Part shown: positions 9,162 through 20,692 of the stretch, piece after piece
Layout: every line of letters begins with the position of its first letter
Position numbering within the stretch: position 1 is the stretch's first letter
Assembly (NCBI GenBank): GCA_964464475.1
Contig: CAYXGG010000003.1
Location: 48,823 to 112,822 of the forward strand
DNA from: an uncultured Planctomycetales bacterium
GTDB lineage: Bacteria > Omnitrophota > Gorgyraeia > Zapsychrales > JAHFFX01
Reading direction: 5' to 3'
Length of the DNA: 64,000 bases
Made by a program: the position numbers and the translations under genes
The notes under the pieces: generated by a model
Told to the model about the DNA's origin: nothing
The model's database searches: none
Seen by the model: only the letters and a program-made list of their open reading frames with translations

Positions 9162-9443
9162 TTACTTCGGTGGAGCTAGCGGCGGTTTCTTTTCGGTAAT
9201 CGTAGGAAGTGAGGGAGCCTTTTCCCGATTCAATTGAGTATAGCTTTTCCATTTTTCAGGAACATCACCCTCGGCATAAATCGCTTGAACAGGGCATTCC
9301 GGAATACAAGCGCCGCAATCAATACAAACATCCGGATCAATAACTACCATTTCCGCATCTTCATGAAAGCAATCAACGGGGCAAACAGTAACACAATCCG
9401 TGTAACGGCATTTTACGCACGGTTCGGTAACGACATGAGCCAT
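9162..9443 (-). CDS. fdxA: 7Fe ferredoxin ([3Fe-4S][4Fe-4S], Azotobacter FdI type).
   Basis: Near-identical motif layout to FdI ([24 protein letters not shown]...[16 protein letters not shown]...TEKK). A strong AGGAGGAAGAG ribosome-binding site precedes it. Confidence 0.88.
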   Translation of the reverse strand: MAHVVTEPCVKCRYTDCVTVCPVDCFHEDAEMVVIDPDVCIDCGACIPECPVQAIYAEGDVPEKWKSYTQLNREKAPSLPTITEKKPPLAPPK

Positions 9444-9571
9444 CTCTTCCTCCTATTGGTTGAAAAAAAACACAACTAATTTCTTATTTATCGACGACTA
9501 AATTTATTACTAAATACTGGGTAAGTATAACAAACGCGTTTTTTTTGTCAAACAACAATTTTCAAATAATC

Positions 9572-11077
9572 CTACAAGGAAACCGTGTCGTGTTGAGTAA
9601 TCTTACTAACGGCTTTTTCAGTGACCCCCAGATTCTTATTGGCGCGACTAGAGATTTTCTGTAAGAAATACTCAGCAAACGCTTTAAAGCCATGCAACTT
9701 ACGTAACAAATCGCCTACTGAATTGATCGAAATCAACATGCGCCACATTTGGCGGGGACGTAAATAAAATTCCTTTAATCCGGTGTCAATCAACTGATCA
9801 ATCTGTCGACTGGATAACTGCGGGTAATTAAGCAAGGTTCGTTGTTCTTTTTGGGCGGTTAGCCATTCATCCCATTTTTTGGTGACCAAATAGTCATTTT
9901 CTTTTGCCCATTTGTATAAAGTGGTTCCTGGATAAGCGGCCACACCCGTAATCTGAATAGTATCCAGTGGTAGTGACTTAGCAAAATCAATGGTCTGTCG
10001 AGCGCTCTCCTGAGTTTCGCCGGGGGCTCCGATCATAAAACAACCATGAATCGTAAAACCCAAATTATGGGCGCGATTAGCGTAGCGAGAGGCCATTTCA
10101 GTGCTGACGCCACCTTTACGAATAACCCGTAACTGTTCGTCAGTCCCAAATTCAAAACCCGTCATGAGCATGCGACACCCCGCTTTACGCATTAAGGGGA
10201 GAAGTTCTAAATCCGTATTGACCCGCATATTACACGACCAAGTAATTTTTTTGTTGATACCCCGACGCATGATTTCTTCACAGACTTCAGTTACATGCTT
10301 CTTATCAGCGGCAAAGGTATCTGTTTCAAACATAATTTCGCGAATTTGGGGATGAGTCTTTAAGTCATACTCCATCTCATCAACCACTAATTGCGCATCT
10401 CGATTACGCAAGCGGTAGCCATACATCAGTTGCGGATCTCGACAAAAAGTACAGGCGTTATTGCAGCCTCTTCCCGTGATAAGTGTCAAAAACGGGAATT
10501 TTTTACCGCCATCAGGATACCACTCGGGTTGGATTAATTGCCAGGCTGGAAAGGGGAGCTCATTGACGTCAATCGTGGGGCGATCTAGATTATTAACCAC
10601 CTGCGTGCCATCCCACCAGGACATTCCCAGAACATCCGCCGGTTTTACGTTATTAGCTAAATCTCTTAAAGCGTAATCATATTCGCGTCTTAAGACATAA
10701 TCAACAACGCCTCGGCCAATTTTGAAAGTGTCCTCAACTTCCGCCGTCACGTGTTGCCCTACAAACGCCACTTGGCAATGAGTCCTGTCTTTGATGATTT
10801 TGGCTTGGTTGATATCCGCAAAAATGGATGGGGTCGTTGCGTGAATAACTAGTAAATCGGGATGAGCATTAACTGTAAGGTTGATGGAATCTTCGGGAGG
10901 CAAGTTTCGAGCGGCCGCTTCAATAAACTCAACTTTATGGCCCGCGTTAAGAAGGACTTGCGCGGCAATCAATAAGAATTCTGGGTGCCTTTGAACACGT
11001 CCACGTGATTTAGCTGACCACCGAGCGACCCTGACAAAATCATCCCCATAACTGGGGTTGAGAATAACTACCTTCAT
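9572..11077 (-). CDS. B12-binding-domain radical SAM enzyme (class B radical SAM). Substrate unknown.
   Basis: N-terminal cobalamin-binding-like domain plus a radical SAM core with GRGCNNACTFC (CxxxCxxC). 501 aa. GAAAGG ribosome-binding site. Confidence 0.8.
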   Translation of the reverse strand: MKVVILNPSYGDDFVRVARWSAKSRGRVQRHPEFLLIAAQVLLNAGHKVEFIEAAARNLPPEDSINLTVNAHPDLLVIHATTPSIFADINQAKIIKDRTHCQVAFVGQHVTAEVEDTFKIGRGVVDYVLRREYDYALRDLANNVKPADVLGMSWWDGTQVVNNLDRPTIDVNELPFPAWQLIQPEWYPDGGKKFPFLTLITGRGCNNACTFCRDPQLMYGYRLRNRDAQLVVDEMEYDLKTHPQIREIMFETDTFAADKKHVTEVCEEIMRRGINKKITWSCNMRVNTDLELLPLMRKAGCRMLMTGFEFGTDEQLRVIRKGGVSTEMASRYANRAHNLGFTIHGCFMIGAPGETQESARQTIDFAKSLPLDTIQITGVAAYPGTTLYKWAKENDYLVTKKWDEWLTAQKEQRTLLNYPQLSSRQIDQLIDTGLKEFYLRPRQMWRMLISINSVGDLLRKLHGFKAFAEYFLQKISSRANKNLGVTEKAVSKITQHDTVSL

Positions 11078-11082
11078 AAGTA

Positions 11083-11214
11083 CCTTTCTACTGGCCTATT
11101 TACTACCAAAGACAGAAGTAAGCCAGTACCTGATGAAGTCAGGCCTTTCTTCTGTTCGGGGAAAGGCCGTATTCACCTCAATATTCTTGTCTTTCGTAGT
11201 AGAAAGGTCAATAA
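11083..11214. repeat. Copy A of a ~120-130 nt structured element. It contains a conserved hairpin (TACTGGCC...N28...AAGCCAGTA) and a 3' box GTAGTAGAAAGGTCAATAA, flanked by a near-perfect 10-11 bp inverted repeat (CCTTTCTACT/AGTAGAAAGG).
   Basis: Direct sequence comparison with a second copy at about 43200-43321. Lies between the radical SAM start and the acnA promoter. Confidence 0.6.
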
Positions 11215-11342
11215 GCCGTTGGCTCTTAAAAAATTATCTACTAAAATAGTATCCTAAAAAATGCCGTTTGCAAGACCAAAGTCGGTTTTTATCCAAACCC
11301 CGTTGTTAACCTAAGTCTTCTGTTATCAAATAGATAAATAAT

Positions 11343-11371
11343 TTGACGAACTTAGGGGCATTCACTATAAT
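11343..11371 (+). promoter_or_regulatory. Sigma70-like promoter for acnA (TTGACG-N17-TATAAT).
   Basis: Consensus hexamers with 17-nt spacing, about 80 nt upstream of the acnA ATG. Confidence 0.5.
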
Positions 11372-11449
11372 GGGGGCTCGTTTGTTTTGTTTTGCTGCCC
11401 ATTTCCTTAATATTTAAATAATTAATAAGTTAATAACTAGGACAGACAC

Positions 11450-14152
11450 ATGAAAGCCCCATTCACAAACCAAATCACCAAGAAATCACTCAAAGTTGGC
11501 TCCCAAAATTACAACTACTATAAATTAGCTGAACTTTCCAAAGCCGGGATATCGGTTAACCCTAAACTACCTTACTCAATTAAAGTACTGCTAGAAAGCG
11601 CTCTGAGAAACTACGACAACTTTCAAGTAACCCTGGATGACATAACGCGCTTGGCTTCCTGGAAGCCAACCTCTGGCGTCACCACTGAAATTGCCTTTAA
11701 GCCTGGACGTGTGATTTTGCAAGATTTCACTGGCGTGCCCTGCGTCGTTGATTTAGCAGCCATGCGTTCGGCCATGAAAAAAATAGGGGGTGATATTCGC
11801 AAAATAAATCCCCAGGTTCCTTGCGATTTAGTCATTGATCATTCCGTTCAAGTTGATGCTTTCGGCTCTCGCGGAGCTATGCGCATTAACGTGACCAAAG
11901 AATTTGAACGCAACGCAGAACGCTATGAATTTCTCAAGTGGGGACAACAGGCTTTACAAAACTTTAGGGTTGTACCACCAGCAACGGGTATCGTACACCA
12001 AGTTAATTTAGAATACTTAGCTAAAGGAGTCCTGCAAAAAAAGATCGGTAAAGAAACAGTGGTTTTTCCAGATAGCTTGGTCGGGACCGATAGCCATACC
12101 ACCATGATCAATGGTTTAGGGATCGTGGGGTGGGGCGTGGGAGGAATTGAGGCCGAGGCGGTGATGCTCGGTGAACCGATTTATATGCTAATGCCGGAAG
12201 TGATTGGCGTTAAGTTAATCGGTCAGCTTAAAGAAGGAATGACCGCTACCGATTTAGTTTTGACCATTACTCAATTGCTACGTAAAAAGGGTGTCGTCGA
12301 TAAATTTGTGGAATTCTTTGGTCCGGGCCTTAAACATCTTTCGCTCCCGGATCGAGCGACCATCGCCAACATGGCACCCGAATATGGAGCCACTATTGGT
12401 TTTTTCCCTATTGATTCAGAGACATTAAAATATTTGGCGTTAAGTGGAAGAACCAAAGGTGAAGTTACCTTACTGGAAAAATACGCCAAGGCGCAGGGTA
12501 TGTTTTATTCTGGTGACCAGAATGCTGAATATACCGAAACTCTAGAATTTGATTTGAATTCGGTCGTCACTTGCCTGGCGGGTCCCAAACGTCCCCAGGA
12601 TCGAGTTAATCTGACGGACATGAAATCGGTGTTTCGGAAATCACTCGAGACTCCAATTAAAGAAAGGGGTTTTGGGCTGGATAAAACGGCGTTACTTAAT
12701 TCTGCGACCGTCACCAACGGCACAAAAGAGACAATTTCTCATGGATCTGTGGTGATCGCGGCGATTACCAGTTGTACTAATACCTCCAACCCCTCAGTTT
12801 TAATTGGCGCCGGATTATTGGCCAAAAAGGCGGTTGAAAAAGGATTAGCGGTAAAACACTTCGTCAAGACCAGCTTTGCGCCAGGATCGAAAGTTGTTGA
12901 AGAGTATTTGCAAACTGCGGGGCTTTTAGGTTATTTAGAAAAATTAGGATTCAACATCATTGGCTATGGATGCACTACCTGTATTGGTAACAGTGGCCCC
13001 TTGCCTGAACACGTGACGGCGGCCCTCAAAAAAACCAACTTGGTTGCGGCAAGTGTATTAAGTGGCAACCGAAATTTTGAAGGTCGTGTTAATCCTTTAG
13101 CGAAGGCCAATTACCTGGCTAGTCCTCCGTTAGTTGTGGCCTACGCTTTGGCAGGGAGCGTGGATGTTGATTTAACCGCTGAACCGCTTGGCAAAGATAA
13201 AAAAGGCAAAGAAGTCTTTCTTAAAGATATTTGGCCTAGCCAACAAGAGATTAACCAATTGATTGCCAAAACGGTCACAGCCGCCAAGTTTCGAGCGCGC
13301 TATAAAGATGTGCTAAAAGGAACACCTGATTGGAGCAAAATAAAGACGGTAAAGTCTGACTTATACGCTTGGAAAGAGAACAGCACCTATATTCAGGAGC
13401 CGCCATTTTTCACCAATTTAGCAGCGAGTGACCAAGCTCTGGGCGACATTAAAAATGCGCGCGTCTTGGTCATGGTGGGAGATTCCATTACGACTGATCA
13501 CATTTCCCCAGCCGGAGATATTGAAGAATCAAGCCCTGCGGGACAATACTTAAAATCTTTAGGCGTTCAAAAAGCCGACTTTAATAGTTATGGCGCCCGT
13601 CGTGGCAATGATCGCGTCATGACCCGCGGCACATTTGCCAACATTCGTTTGCGAAATTTATTGGCTCCGGGAACAGAAGGATCTTGGTCGACACATTTTC
13701 CCAGCAACCGCCGCGCCAGCATCTATGATACAGCCCAAGAGTATAAAAAAACAGGAACGCCGCTAGTCGTACTTGCCGGAAAAGAGTACGGTACGGGATC
13801 AAGTCGCGACTGGGCGGCCAAAGGGACTTCGCTACTGGGAGTTAAAGTTGTTCTCGCAGAAAGTTATGAACGTATTCATCGCAGTAATCTGGTCGGGATG
13901 GGGGTGTTACCCCTGATTTATAAGACTGGCCAGAACGCTGAAAGTTTAGGCCTCAAAGGGGATGAAATATTCAGTTTTCTGGGCATCACTAATCATATCA
14001 AGCCACGCCAGGAAATCGCTGTCGTCGCACAATCATCTAGTGGGGCTAAAATAGAATTCCAAGCTGTTTGCCGGTTAGATACACCGGTTGATATTGAATA
14101 TTACCGTAACGGCGGTATTTTGCCGACGGTATTAAAAAAATTAGCCAAATAA
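11450..14152 (+). CDS. acnA: Aconitate hydratase A.
   Basis: 900 aa protein with the aconitase Fe-S cluster cysteines and a C-terminal swivel domain (SRDWAAKG...). Confidence 0.93.
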   Translation: MKAPFTNQITKKSLKVGSQNYNYYKLAELSKAGISVNPKLPYSIKVLLESALRNYDNFQVTLDDITRLASWKPTSGVTTEIAFKPGRVILQDFTGVPCVVDLAAMRSAMKKIGGDIRKINPQVPCDLVIDHSVQVDAFGSRGAMRINVTKEFERNAERYEFLKWGQQALQNFRVVPPATGIVHQVNLEYLAKGVLQKKIGKETVVFPDSLVGTDSHTTMINGLGIVGWGVGGIEAEAVMLGEPIYMLMPEVIGVKLIGQLKEGMTATDLVLTITQLLRKKGVVDKFVEFFGPGLKHLSLPDRATIANMAPEYGATIGFFPIDSETLKYLALSGRTKGEVTLLEKYAKAQGMFYSGDQNAEYTETLEFDLNSVVTCLAGPKRPQDRVNLTDMKSVFRKSLETPIKERGFGLDKTALLNSATVTNGTKETISHGSVVIAAITSCTNTSNPSVLIGAGLLAKKAVEKGLAVKHFVKTSFAPGSKVVEEYLQTAGLLGYLEKLGFNIIGYGCTTCIGNSGPLPEHVTAALKKTNLVAASVLSGNRNFEGRVNPLAKANYLASPPLVVAYALAGSVDVDLTAEPLGKDKKGKEVFLKDIWPSQQEINQLIAKTVTAAKFRARYKDVLKGTPDWSKIKTVKSDLYAWKENSTYIQEPPFFTNLAASDQALGDIKNARVLVMVGDSITTDHISPAGDIEESSPAGQYLKSLGVQKADFNSYGARRGNDRVMTRGTFANIRLRNLLAPGTEGSWSTHFPSNRRASIYDTAQEYKKTGTPLVVLAGKEYGTGSSRDWAAKGTSLLGVKVVLAESYERIHRSNLVGMGVLPLIYKTGQNAESLGLKGDEIFSFLGITNHIKPRQEIAVVAQSSSGAKIEFQAVCRLDTPVDIEYYRNGGILPTVLKKLAK

Positions 14153-14171
14153 TTATTTGAGGGAGATTCTG

Positions 14172-15578
14172 ATGGGTAAAACAATGTATCAAAAAATATG
14201 GGAAGACCATCTGGTCTACGAAAAAGCCCAGGAAACAGCCATTATTTATGTGGATCTGCATTTAATTCATGAAGTCACATCACCTCAGGCTTTTGCTGGA
14301 TTAAGAGAGACCAAGAGAGGGGTGCGAGTTCCCCAGAAAACATTTGCCACCATGGATCATAATGTTTCTACCCGAACTAAAGATATGGCTAAAGTGGAAT
14401 CCATGTCGAGAACTCAAATGGAGACCTTGTCCAAAAACTGTCGTGACTTTGGCGTTAAACTTTATGATTTTCAAAGTGAGGATCAGGGCATTGTTCATGT
14501 CATTGGACCCGAAAAAGGCATTACCCAACCCGGTATGGTGATTGTTTGCGGAGATTCACACACGTCGACTCATGGCGCTTTTGGGGCGCTGGCATTTGGC
14601 ATAGGAACTTCGGAAGTTGAACACGTTTTAGCTACACAAACTCTGCAGCAGCAAAAAGCCAAATCAATGCTTATCAGTATTGACGGCCAACTGGGTTTTG
14701 GCGTCACGGCGAAAGACATCATCCTCTACATTATTGGTCAAATTGGTACGGCTGGAGCCACTGGCTATGTTATTGAATACGCCGGAAGCGCCATCCGAGC
14801 CTTATCCATGGAAGGACGCATGACTATTTGCAATATGAGCATCGAGGCCGGTGGTCGGGCGGGGATGATCGCACCGGATGAAACCACTTTTGCTTATTTA
14901 AGAAATCGCGAATTTGCTCCAAAAGGATCTGATTGGGACAAGGCCCTCACTTACTGGAAAAGCTTGACTTCTGATTCTGACGCGCAATTTGACCGTGTCA
15001 TTAAAATTAAAGCAGAAGATATTGAGCCGCAAGTGACCTGGGGGACGAGCCCTGGTCAAGTAGTTTCCGTGACGGGGCAAGTGCCTAATCCGGACAATTT
15101 TTCAGATCCGGTGGAACGAATGGCCGCGCGCAATGCTCTTAGTTATATGGGACTCGAACCACAGGTTAAATTGACTGACATTACGATTGATAAAGTATTT
15201 ATTGGCTCCTGCACCAACGGACGCATTGAAGATTTACGAGTCGCCGCTAGTTTGGTGAAAGGGAAGAAAGTGCATCCTAACGTCAACGGCATTGTCGTTC
15301 CTGGTTCGGGTCGGGTGCGAGAGCAAGCGATTAAAGAAGGCTTAGATAAAACCTTCATCGAGGCGGGATTTGAATGGCGTTATGCGGGTTGTTCCATGTG
15401 TCTGGGGATGAACGACGACCAATTAAAAAAAGGAGAGCGTTGCGCCTCAACCAGCAATCGGAATTTTGAAGGACGTCAAGGCCCCGGAGGTAGAACGCAT
15501 CTGATGAGTCCTCAAATGGCCATCGCGGCCGCCGTGGAAGGGAAAATTACTGACGTTAGAAAATTCATGAAAGGTTAA
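14172..15578 (+). CDS. leuC: 3-isopropylmalate dehydratase large subunit.
   Basis: Aconitase-family large subunit ([15 protein letters not shown]...). A GAGGGA ribosome-binding site precedes the internal ATG. The track ORF begins at 14157. Confidence 0.88.
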   Translation: MGKTMYQKIWEDHLVYEKAQETAIIYVDLHLIHEVTSPQAFAGLRETKRGVRVPQKTFATMDHNVSTRTKDMAKVESMSRTQMETLSKNCRDFGVKLYDFQSEDQGIVHVIGPEKGITQPGMVIVCGDSHTSTHGAFGALAFGIGTSEVEHVLATQTLQQQKAKSMLISIDGQLGFGVTAKDIILYIIGQIGTAGATGYVIEYAGSAIRALSMEGRMTICNMSIEAGGRAGMIAPDETTFAYLRNREFAPKGSDWDKALTYWKSLTSDSDAQFDRVIKIKAEDIEPQVTWGTSPGQVVSVTGQVPNPDNFSDPVERMAARNALSYMGLEPQVKLTDITIDKVFIGSCTNGRIEDLRVAASLVKGKKVHPNVNGIVVPGSGRVREQAIKEGLDKTFIEAGFEWRYAGCSMCLGMNDDQLKKGERCASTSNRNFEGRQGPGGRTHLMSPQMAIAAAVEGKITDVRKFMKG

Positions 15579-15586
15579 AATATTCT

Positions 15587-16201
15587 ATGGAACCCTTTGT
15601 GCAGCATACCGGCGTGGTTGCACCGTTAGATCGAGTCAACATCGATACGGACGCAATCATCCCAAAACAATTTTTAAAAAAAGTGGACCGGACGGGATTC
15701 GGTATTCACTTATTTCATGAATGGCGTTACTTAGATTATGAAGGGACCAAGGAGAATCCAGATTTTATTCTCAATCAGCCGCTTTATCGAAAAGCAACGG
15801 TGTTATTAACCCGGGACAATTTTGGCTGTGGGTCAAGCCGTGAGCACGCACCCTGGGCGTTGGCTGATTTTGGTTTCAGAGTTATTATTGCGCCAAGTTT
15901 TGCCGATATCTTTGCCAACAACTGTGTCAAAAATGGCATCCTGCTGATCACGCTGAGCTCCGCAGATGTAGATGTGCTTTTTAAGCAATCACTGGCTCAG
16001 CCTGGAGTCAAACTTTCAGCAGACCTTCCCTCACAACAGTTAACTGGGCCAGATGGAAATAAGTATTCTTTCTCAATCAACTCATTTTCCAAAGACTGTT
16101 TATTAAAAGGCCTGGATCAAATTGGTTGGACGCTACAGTTTGCCAATCGCATTCAGGAATTTGAGACGAAATTAAAAACCGCCAAACCCTGGCTAAAATA
16201 A
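15587..16201 (+). CDS. leuD: 3-isopropylmalate dehydratase small subunit.
   Basis: 204 aa aconitase swivel-domain homolog immediately downstream of leuC. Confidence 0.88.
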   Translation: MEPFVQHTGVVAPLDRVNIDTDAIIPKQFLKKVDRTGFGIHLFHEWRYLDYEGTKENPDFILNQPLYRKATVLLTRDNFGCGSSREHAPWALADFGFRVIIAPSFADIFANNCVKNGILLITLSSADVDVLFKQSLAQPGVKLSADLPSQQLTGPDGNKYSFSINSFSKDCLLKGLDQIGWTLQFANRIQEFETKLKTAKPWLK

Positions 16202-16208
16202 CTGACCT

Positions 16209-17909
16209 ATGTCCAAAACTCATAAAATGTCGAAAAAAGATTTGCACCGTGCCCACTCGGCCTTGGTGATTGATGGCCATGAACGCGCGCCTTCGCGGGC
16301 GATGCTACGCGCGGTAGGGTTCAAGGATAACGATTTTAAGAAATCACAGATTGGGGTAGCCTCGACGTGGAGCATGGTAACCCCCTGCAATATGCACATT
16401 GATAAGCTGGCGCAAAGAACCGCGCAAGGGATTGATGAGAATGGCGGCAAAGCAGTCGTTTTTGGAACGATCACGATTTCAGATGGCATTTCGATGGGAA
16501 CCGAAGGGATGAAATATTCGCTGGTGTCCCGAGAAGTGATCGCGGATTCAATTGAAACCGTGGTGGGATGTGAGGGTTTTGACGGATTTGTGGCCATCGG
16601 TGGCTGCGACAAAAATATGCCAGGCTGCCTCATCGCCATGGCGCGTTTAAATCGTCCCTCGGTATTCGTCTACGGAGGAACGATCCTCCCGGGTTGCCAT
16701 CAAGAGCGTAACGTTGATATCGTTTCCGTTTTTGAAGCTGTGGGGGCACACGCGAATCAAAAAATTAACGATCAGGAATTGACCGCGATTGAATCTTCCG
16801 CCATCCCCGGACCGGGTTCCTGCGGAGGGATGTATACGGCCAATACCATGGCGTCCGCAATTGAAGCTTTAGGCATGAGTCTTCCCAACAGCTCCGCGCA
16901 GGCCGCTATTTCTCCCGACAAAGACCAGGATTGTTATGAAGCGGGTAAAGCCGTTCTTAACTTAATCAAACTTGGAATCACGCCAAAGGACATCTTAACT
17001 AAAAAAGCTTTTGAAAACGCAATCACTGTGGTCATTGCTCTCGGAGGCTCAACTAACGCCGTTTTACATCTGTTGGCCATGGCCCACGCCGCGAGAATAA
17101 AACTTTCCATCGATGATTTTACCAGAATAGGAAAACGAGTTCCGGTGCTTGCGGATTTAAAACCAAGTGGACGTTTTGTGATGGCCGAATTAGTCAAAAT
17201 TGGCGGAACCATGCCTTTGCTGAAAATGCTTTTGGATGCAGGGTTGATCCATGGCGATTGCCTGACGGTGACTGGGAAAACCATGCGCGAGAATTTAATT
17301 CACGTTCGACCTTATACGGCAGACCAAGAAATCATTCGTCCCCTAACCAACCCCATCAAAAAAAGTAGCCACTTAGTCATCCTCTACGGTAATTTAGCCC
17401 CAACCGGAGCGGTAGCCAAGATTTCTGGCAAAGAAGGCAATCAATTTACGGGAACTGCCCGAGTTTATAATTCAGAAGAAGCCGCGCTGCAGCGCATTCT
17501 CGATGGCACGATAAAAAAAGGTGATGTCATCGTTGTCCGTTATGAAGGTCCCAAAGGGGGACCAGGCATGCGCGAAATGCTAGCTCCAACTTCCGCGGTT
17601 ATGGGAAAAGGCTTAGGCAAAGATGTCGCGCTCATTACAGATGGTAGATTCTCTGGAGGAAGCCATGGATTTGTGGTAGGACATATTACACCGGAGGCTT
17701 ATGTCGGTGGACCGCTCGCCATTGTTAAAGACGGTGATAAAATTACAATTGATGCCAACCACCAAGAACTAAATCTACACTTATCCTCGGCAGAAATCAA
17801 AAAAAGGTTAAAGCAGTGGAAACAACCAAAACCCCGCTATACAATGGGCGTGCTTAGTAAATATATGAAAGTCGTTTCCTCGGCGTCGCAAGGAGCAGTA
17901 ACGGATTAA
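16209..17909 (+). CDS. ilvD: Dihydroxy-acid dehydratase.
   Basis: IlvD/EDD family motifs ([22 protein letters not shown]), 566 aa. Confidence 0.88.
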   Translation: MSKTHKMSKKDLHRAHSALVIDGHERAPSRAMLRAVGFKDNDFKKSQIGVASTWSMVTPCNMHIDKLAQRTAQGIDENGGKAVVFGTITISDGISMGTEGMKYSLVSREVIADSIETVVGCEGFDGFVAIGGCDKNMPGCLIAMARLNRPSVFVYGGTILPGCHQERNVDIVSVFEAVGAHANQKINDQELTAIESSAIPGPGSCGGMYTANTMASAIEALGMSLPNSSAQAAISPDKDQDCYEAGKAVLNLIKLGITPKDILTKKAFENAITVVIALGGSTNAVLHLLAMAHAARIKLSIDDFTRIGKRVPVLADLKPSGRFVMAELVKIGGTMPLLKMLLDAGLIHGDCLTVTGKTMRENLIHVRPYTADQEIIRPLTNPIKKSSHLVILYGNLAPTGAVAKISGKEGNQFTGTARVYNSEEAALQRILDGTIKKGDVIVVRYEGPKGGPGMREMLAPTSAVMGKGLGKDVALITDGRFSGGSHGFVVGHITPEAYVGGPLAIVKDGDKITIDANHQELNLHLSSAEIKKRLKQWKQPKPRYTMGVLSKYMKVVSSASQGAVTD

Positions 17910-17930
17910 TTCCTATCTAAAGAGGATTAT

Positions 17931-18998
17931 ATGGCCAGTAATTCATTCGGACAAATTTTTAAAATTACGACCTTCGGTGAAAGCCATGGGCCCGCTATTG
18001 GTGTCGTCATTGATGGCTGTCCGGCTGGATTAGAAGTATCGGAAGCGGAAATTCAAAGAGAACTGGATCGACGTCGACCAGGACAAAGTACCATTACGAC
18101 ACAGCGCCAAGAAAGTGACAAAGGAGAAATTCTTTCCGGAGTTTTTGAAGGAAAAACAACCGGACATCCGATCACTATTCTCATCCGCAATCAAGACCAG
18201 CGCTCTCAGGATTACTCGAATATTAAGGACGCATTCCGGCCTGGTCATGCCGACTTTACCTATGCCGAAAAATATGGCATTCGTGACTATCGCGGAGGCG
18301 GTCGCTCTTCCGGAAGAGAAACCGCCTGTCGGGTAGCTGCTGGAGCGATTGCCAAGAAATACCTAGCCGAATTTGGCGTTTCTATTACTGCCTACACGCT
18401 AGCTGTCGGAGATATTTACGCGCAGCAACGAGATTTTTCGGTCATTGAGCAAAACTTGGTCCGTGCCCCGGATCGTGAACAAGCTGAGCGTATGATCGCC
18501 AGAATCGAAGAGGCGCGCAAAGACGGCGATTCCCTGGGAGGTATTGTGGAGGCCGTTGTCCAAGGATGTCCCATTGGACTAGGCGATCCGATTTACGATA
18601 AACTATCCGCCAAATTAGCTTACGCGCTCATGTCTATTGGGACGGCCAAAGGAATTGAAATCGGAGATGGTTTCGGCATTACCAAACTAAAGGGAAGTGA
18701 GGCCAACGATATCTTTCAAATGGTTGATGGTCAAATCCGAACCCGCACTAACCACTGCGGAGGGATTCTGGGAGGTATTTCTACCGGAGAAAATATTGTA
18801 TTGCGCTTAGCGATTAAACCACCTTCATCCATCGCCAAGTTTCAAGAAACGATCGACAGCAACAAAAATCCCGCGTCTATTCAAGTCCGAGGTCGTCATG
18901 ACCCATGCATTTGCCCACGGGTAGTTCCGGTTGTGGAAGCCATGATTGCTATTACTTTGGCTGACAGCCTACTGCTTTTTAAAGCCCATCAAGGGTAA
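17931..18998 (+). CDS. aroC: Chorismate synthase.
   Basis: N-terminus [28 protein letters not shown] is typical of AroC, with an RGGGRSS motif. Confidence 0.9.
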   Translation: MASNSFGQIFKITTFGESHGPAIGVVIDGCPAGLEVSEAEIQRELDRRRPGQSTITTQRQESDKGEILSGVFEGKTTGHPITILIRNQDQRSQDYSNIKDAFRPGHADFTYAEKYGIRDYRGGGRSSGRETACRVAAGAIAKKYLAEFGVSITAYTLAVGDIYAQQRDFSVIEQNLVRAPDREQAERMIARIEEARKDGDSLGGIVEAVVQGCPIGLGDPIYDKLSAKLAYALMSIGTAKGIEIGDGFGITKLKGSEANDIFQMVDGQIRTRTNHCGGILGGISTGENIVLRLAIKPPSSIAKFQETIDSNKNPASIQVRGRHDPCICPRVVPVVEAMIAITLADSLLLFKAHQG

Positions 18999-19000
18999 CA

Positions 19001-19864
19001 ATGAAAGAAAATCGTCAAGTTGTCTTAGTCACGGGGTCCTCCAGTGGCTTTGGCATGCTGACATGCCTGAGACTTGCCCGGAAAGGCTATCATGTTTTTG
19101 CCTCCATGCGCGACCCAAGCAAAGGGCAAGAACTAATCGCGAAAGCACAAGAGTTTCAACAAGCTATTACCATCATTCCGCTTGATGTTACCCAAGTAAA
19201 TTTGATCCAATCCGCTGTTGATCTCATTATTAGCAAAGCCGGCGCTATTGATGTACTGATTAATAACGCGGGTTTTGGCATGGGAGGGTTCTTTGAAGAT
19301 TTAAGCGACCAGGACATTCGCCAGCAATTCGAGGTCAATTATTTCGGTGTACAAAATGTCTGCCGGGCGGTGATTCCTCTGATGCGTTCGCAAAAAAAAG
19401 GGAAGATTATCAACATTTCCAGCTTAGCCGGCATTCAGGCAAGCCCCTGTTTTAGCGCCTATAACGCGAGCAAATGGGCCCTGGAGGCGTTTTCGGAAAG
19501 CCTTTGGTATGAGTTAGCGCCTTTTGGTATTAGCGTTCACTTGGTCGAACCCGGAACTTATAAAACAAAAATTTTTTACGAAAATTCGCGATTTGCTCAA
19601 AATTTTAATAATCCGGCCAGTCCTTATTTTGCCCGTTCACAATTCTTGTTTAAGAAAGTCATGGCTTATGTCAACCAATGCCATAAGGATCCAGAAAACA
19701 TCCCCCGGCTCATCGAGAAAGTTATCAACCAACCTAACGCGCCTTTAAGAAATATTCCCGATTTAGAAGGCAAAACGCTTTACTTTCTGCGCAAGCTTCT
19801 CCCATTTAAACTATATAGTTTAATGATCAAAAAAGCGCTGTACTCCGATTATCCGAAAGATTAA
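19001..19864 (+). CDS. Short-chain dehydrogenase/reductase (SDR) family oxidoreductase.
   Basis: TGSSSGFG Rossmann motif and a YNASK catalytic motif. Confidence 0.8.
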   Translation: MKENRQVVLVTGSSSGFGMLTCLRLARKGYHVFASMRDPSKGQELIAKAQEFQQAITIIPLDVTQVNLIQSAVDLIISKAGAIDVLINNAGFGMGGFFEDLSDQDIRQQFEVNYFGVQNVCRAVIPLMRSQKKGKIINISSLAGIQASPCFSAYNASKWALEAFSESLWYELAPFGISVHLVEPGTYKTKIFYENSRFAQNFNNPASPYFARSQFLFKKVMAYVNQCHKDPENIPRLIEKVINQPNAPLRNIPDLEGKTLYFLRKLLPFKLYSLMIKKALYSDYPKD

Positions 19865-19867
19865 TTT

Positions 19868-20521
19868 CTAAAAGATACCCATTCGCTCACGCAAGAACTC
19901 TTTGATATCCTTGCATTGGAGATAGGGGTTGGTTTGTTTTTGTTCAGCGAGCGTCGCGAACGGAACAGGACCATAGTTATGCCCAGGATAAATTAAGGTA
20001 TTATCCGGGAGCGGCATAATTTTGTTATAGAGAGAATCATACATTTGCTTAGGATCGCTACCAGGAAGATCGCAGCGACCACAACCATCAATAAAAATAG
20101 TGTCACCGGCGAGCAAAACATCATCAATCAGAAAACACTGGCACCCCGGAGAATGTCCCGGCGTATGTAATAAAGTAACCCTCAAATTCCCGACTTTTAA
20201 AACATCGTTAGCCGTCACTTCTTTGAGGTTAGGGTGTGTGGGCTTAAAAAGAGTGTGCTCAAATTTATTAATGTATATCGGGACGTTAAATCTCTTCAAA
20301 AACGTCTCCAAACCATTCACATGGTCCGGATGACCATGTGTCAAAAAAACTGCCGATACCTGGTAATCATTCTTAACAATCTGTTCAATCAGAAAAGGGA
20401 CGTCCCAAGCCGGGTCAATCACCGCAATCTCGCGAGACTGAGGATCGCCCAAGAAATACAAAAAGTTATTGAGCGGACCTAACTCGAACTGTTTTAAAAT
20501 GATGTTAGTTTGATTTTTCAT
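19868..20521 (-). CDS. MBL-fold metallo-hydrolase (glyoxalase II-like).
   Basis: THGHPDHVNG motif plus downstream His/Asp ligands, 217 aa. Confidence 0.8.
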   Translation of the reverse strand: MKNQTNIILKQFELGPLNNFLYFLGDPQSREIAVIDPAWDVPFLIEQIVKNDYQVSAVFLTHGHPDHVNGLETFLKRFNVPIYINKFEHTLFKPTHPNLKEVTANDVLKVGNLRVTLLHTPGHSPGCQCFLIDDVLLAGDTIFIDGCGRCDLPGSDPKQMYDSLYNKIMPLPDNTLIYPGHNYGPVPFATLAEQKQTNPYLQCKDIKEFLRERMGIF

Positions 20522-20567
20522 TTCTTATCTTAAGCCGCCTTATTATAAAAAAATATATCTTTAACGC

Positions 20568-20621
20568 AATTCTATTCATTATTATTGTCATTTTCCTAAT
20601 CAATGCTCAGCAAGAAGCATT
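20568..20621. promoter_or_regulatory. Candidate Fur-family operator: a run of hexamer repeats (AATGAC AATAAT AATGAA TAGAAT on the minus strand) followed by the inverted repeat AATGCT-N8-AGCATT. Located upstream of the fur-family gene.
   Basis: Sequence pattern only. It lies in the divergent promoter region between the MBL hydrolase and the fur-like gene. Confidence 0.3.
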
Positions 20622-20692
20622 CATCCCGTTTTTTAAATCACACTAAAATTAAAACTTGCAGATTATTTAACAGATGATACACTGTCTCATGT

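Noticed and set aside
9500-9530. AAACGCGTTTTTTTTG palindrome plus T-run as a terminator.
   Set aside because: The stem is only about 5 bp. The T-run is on the plus strand, where no gene ends. It does not convince as a terminator for the minus-strand radical SAM gene.
11058-11249. 63-aa plus-strand ORF over the intergenic region upstream of acnA.
   Set aside because: It overlaps the repeat element and the radical SAM start. It has no ribosome-binding site and is probably a chance ORF.
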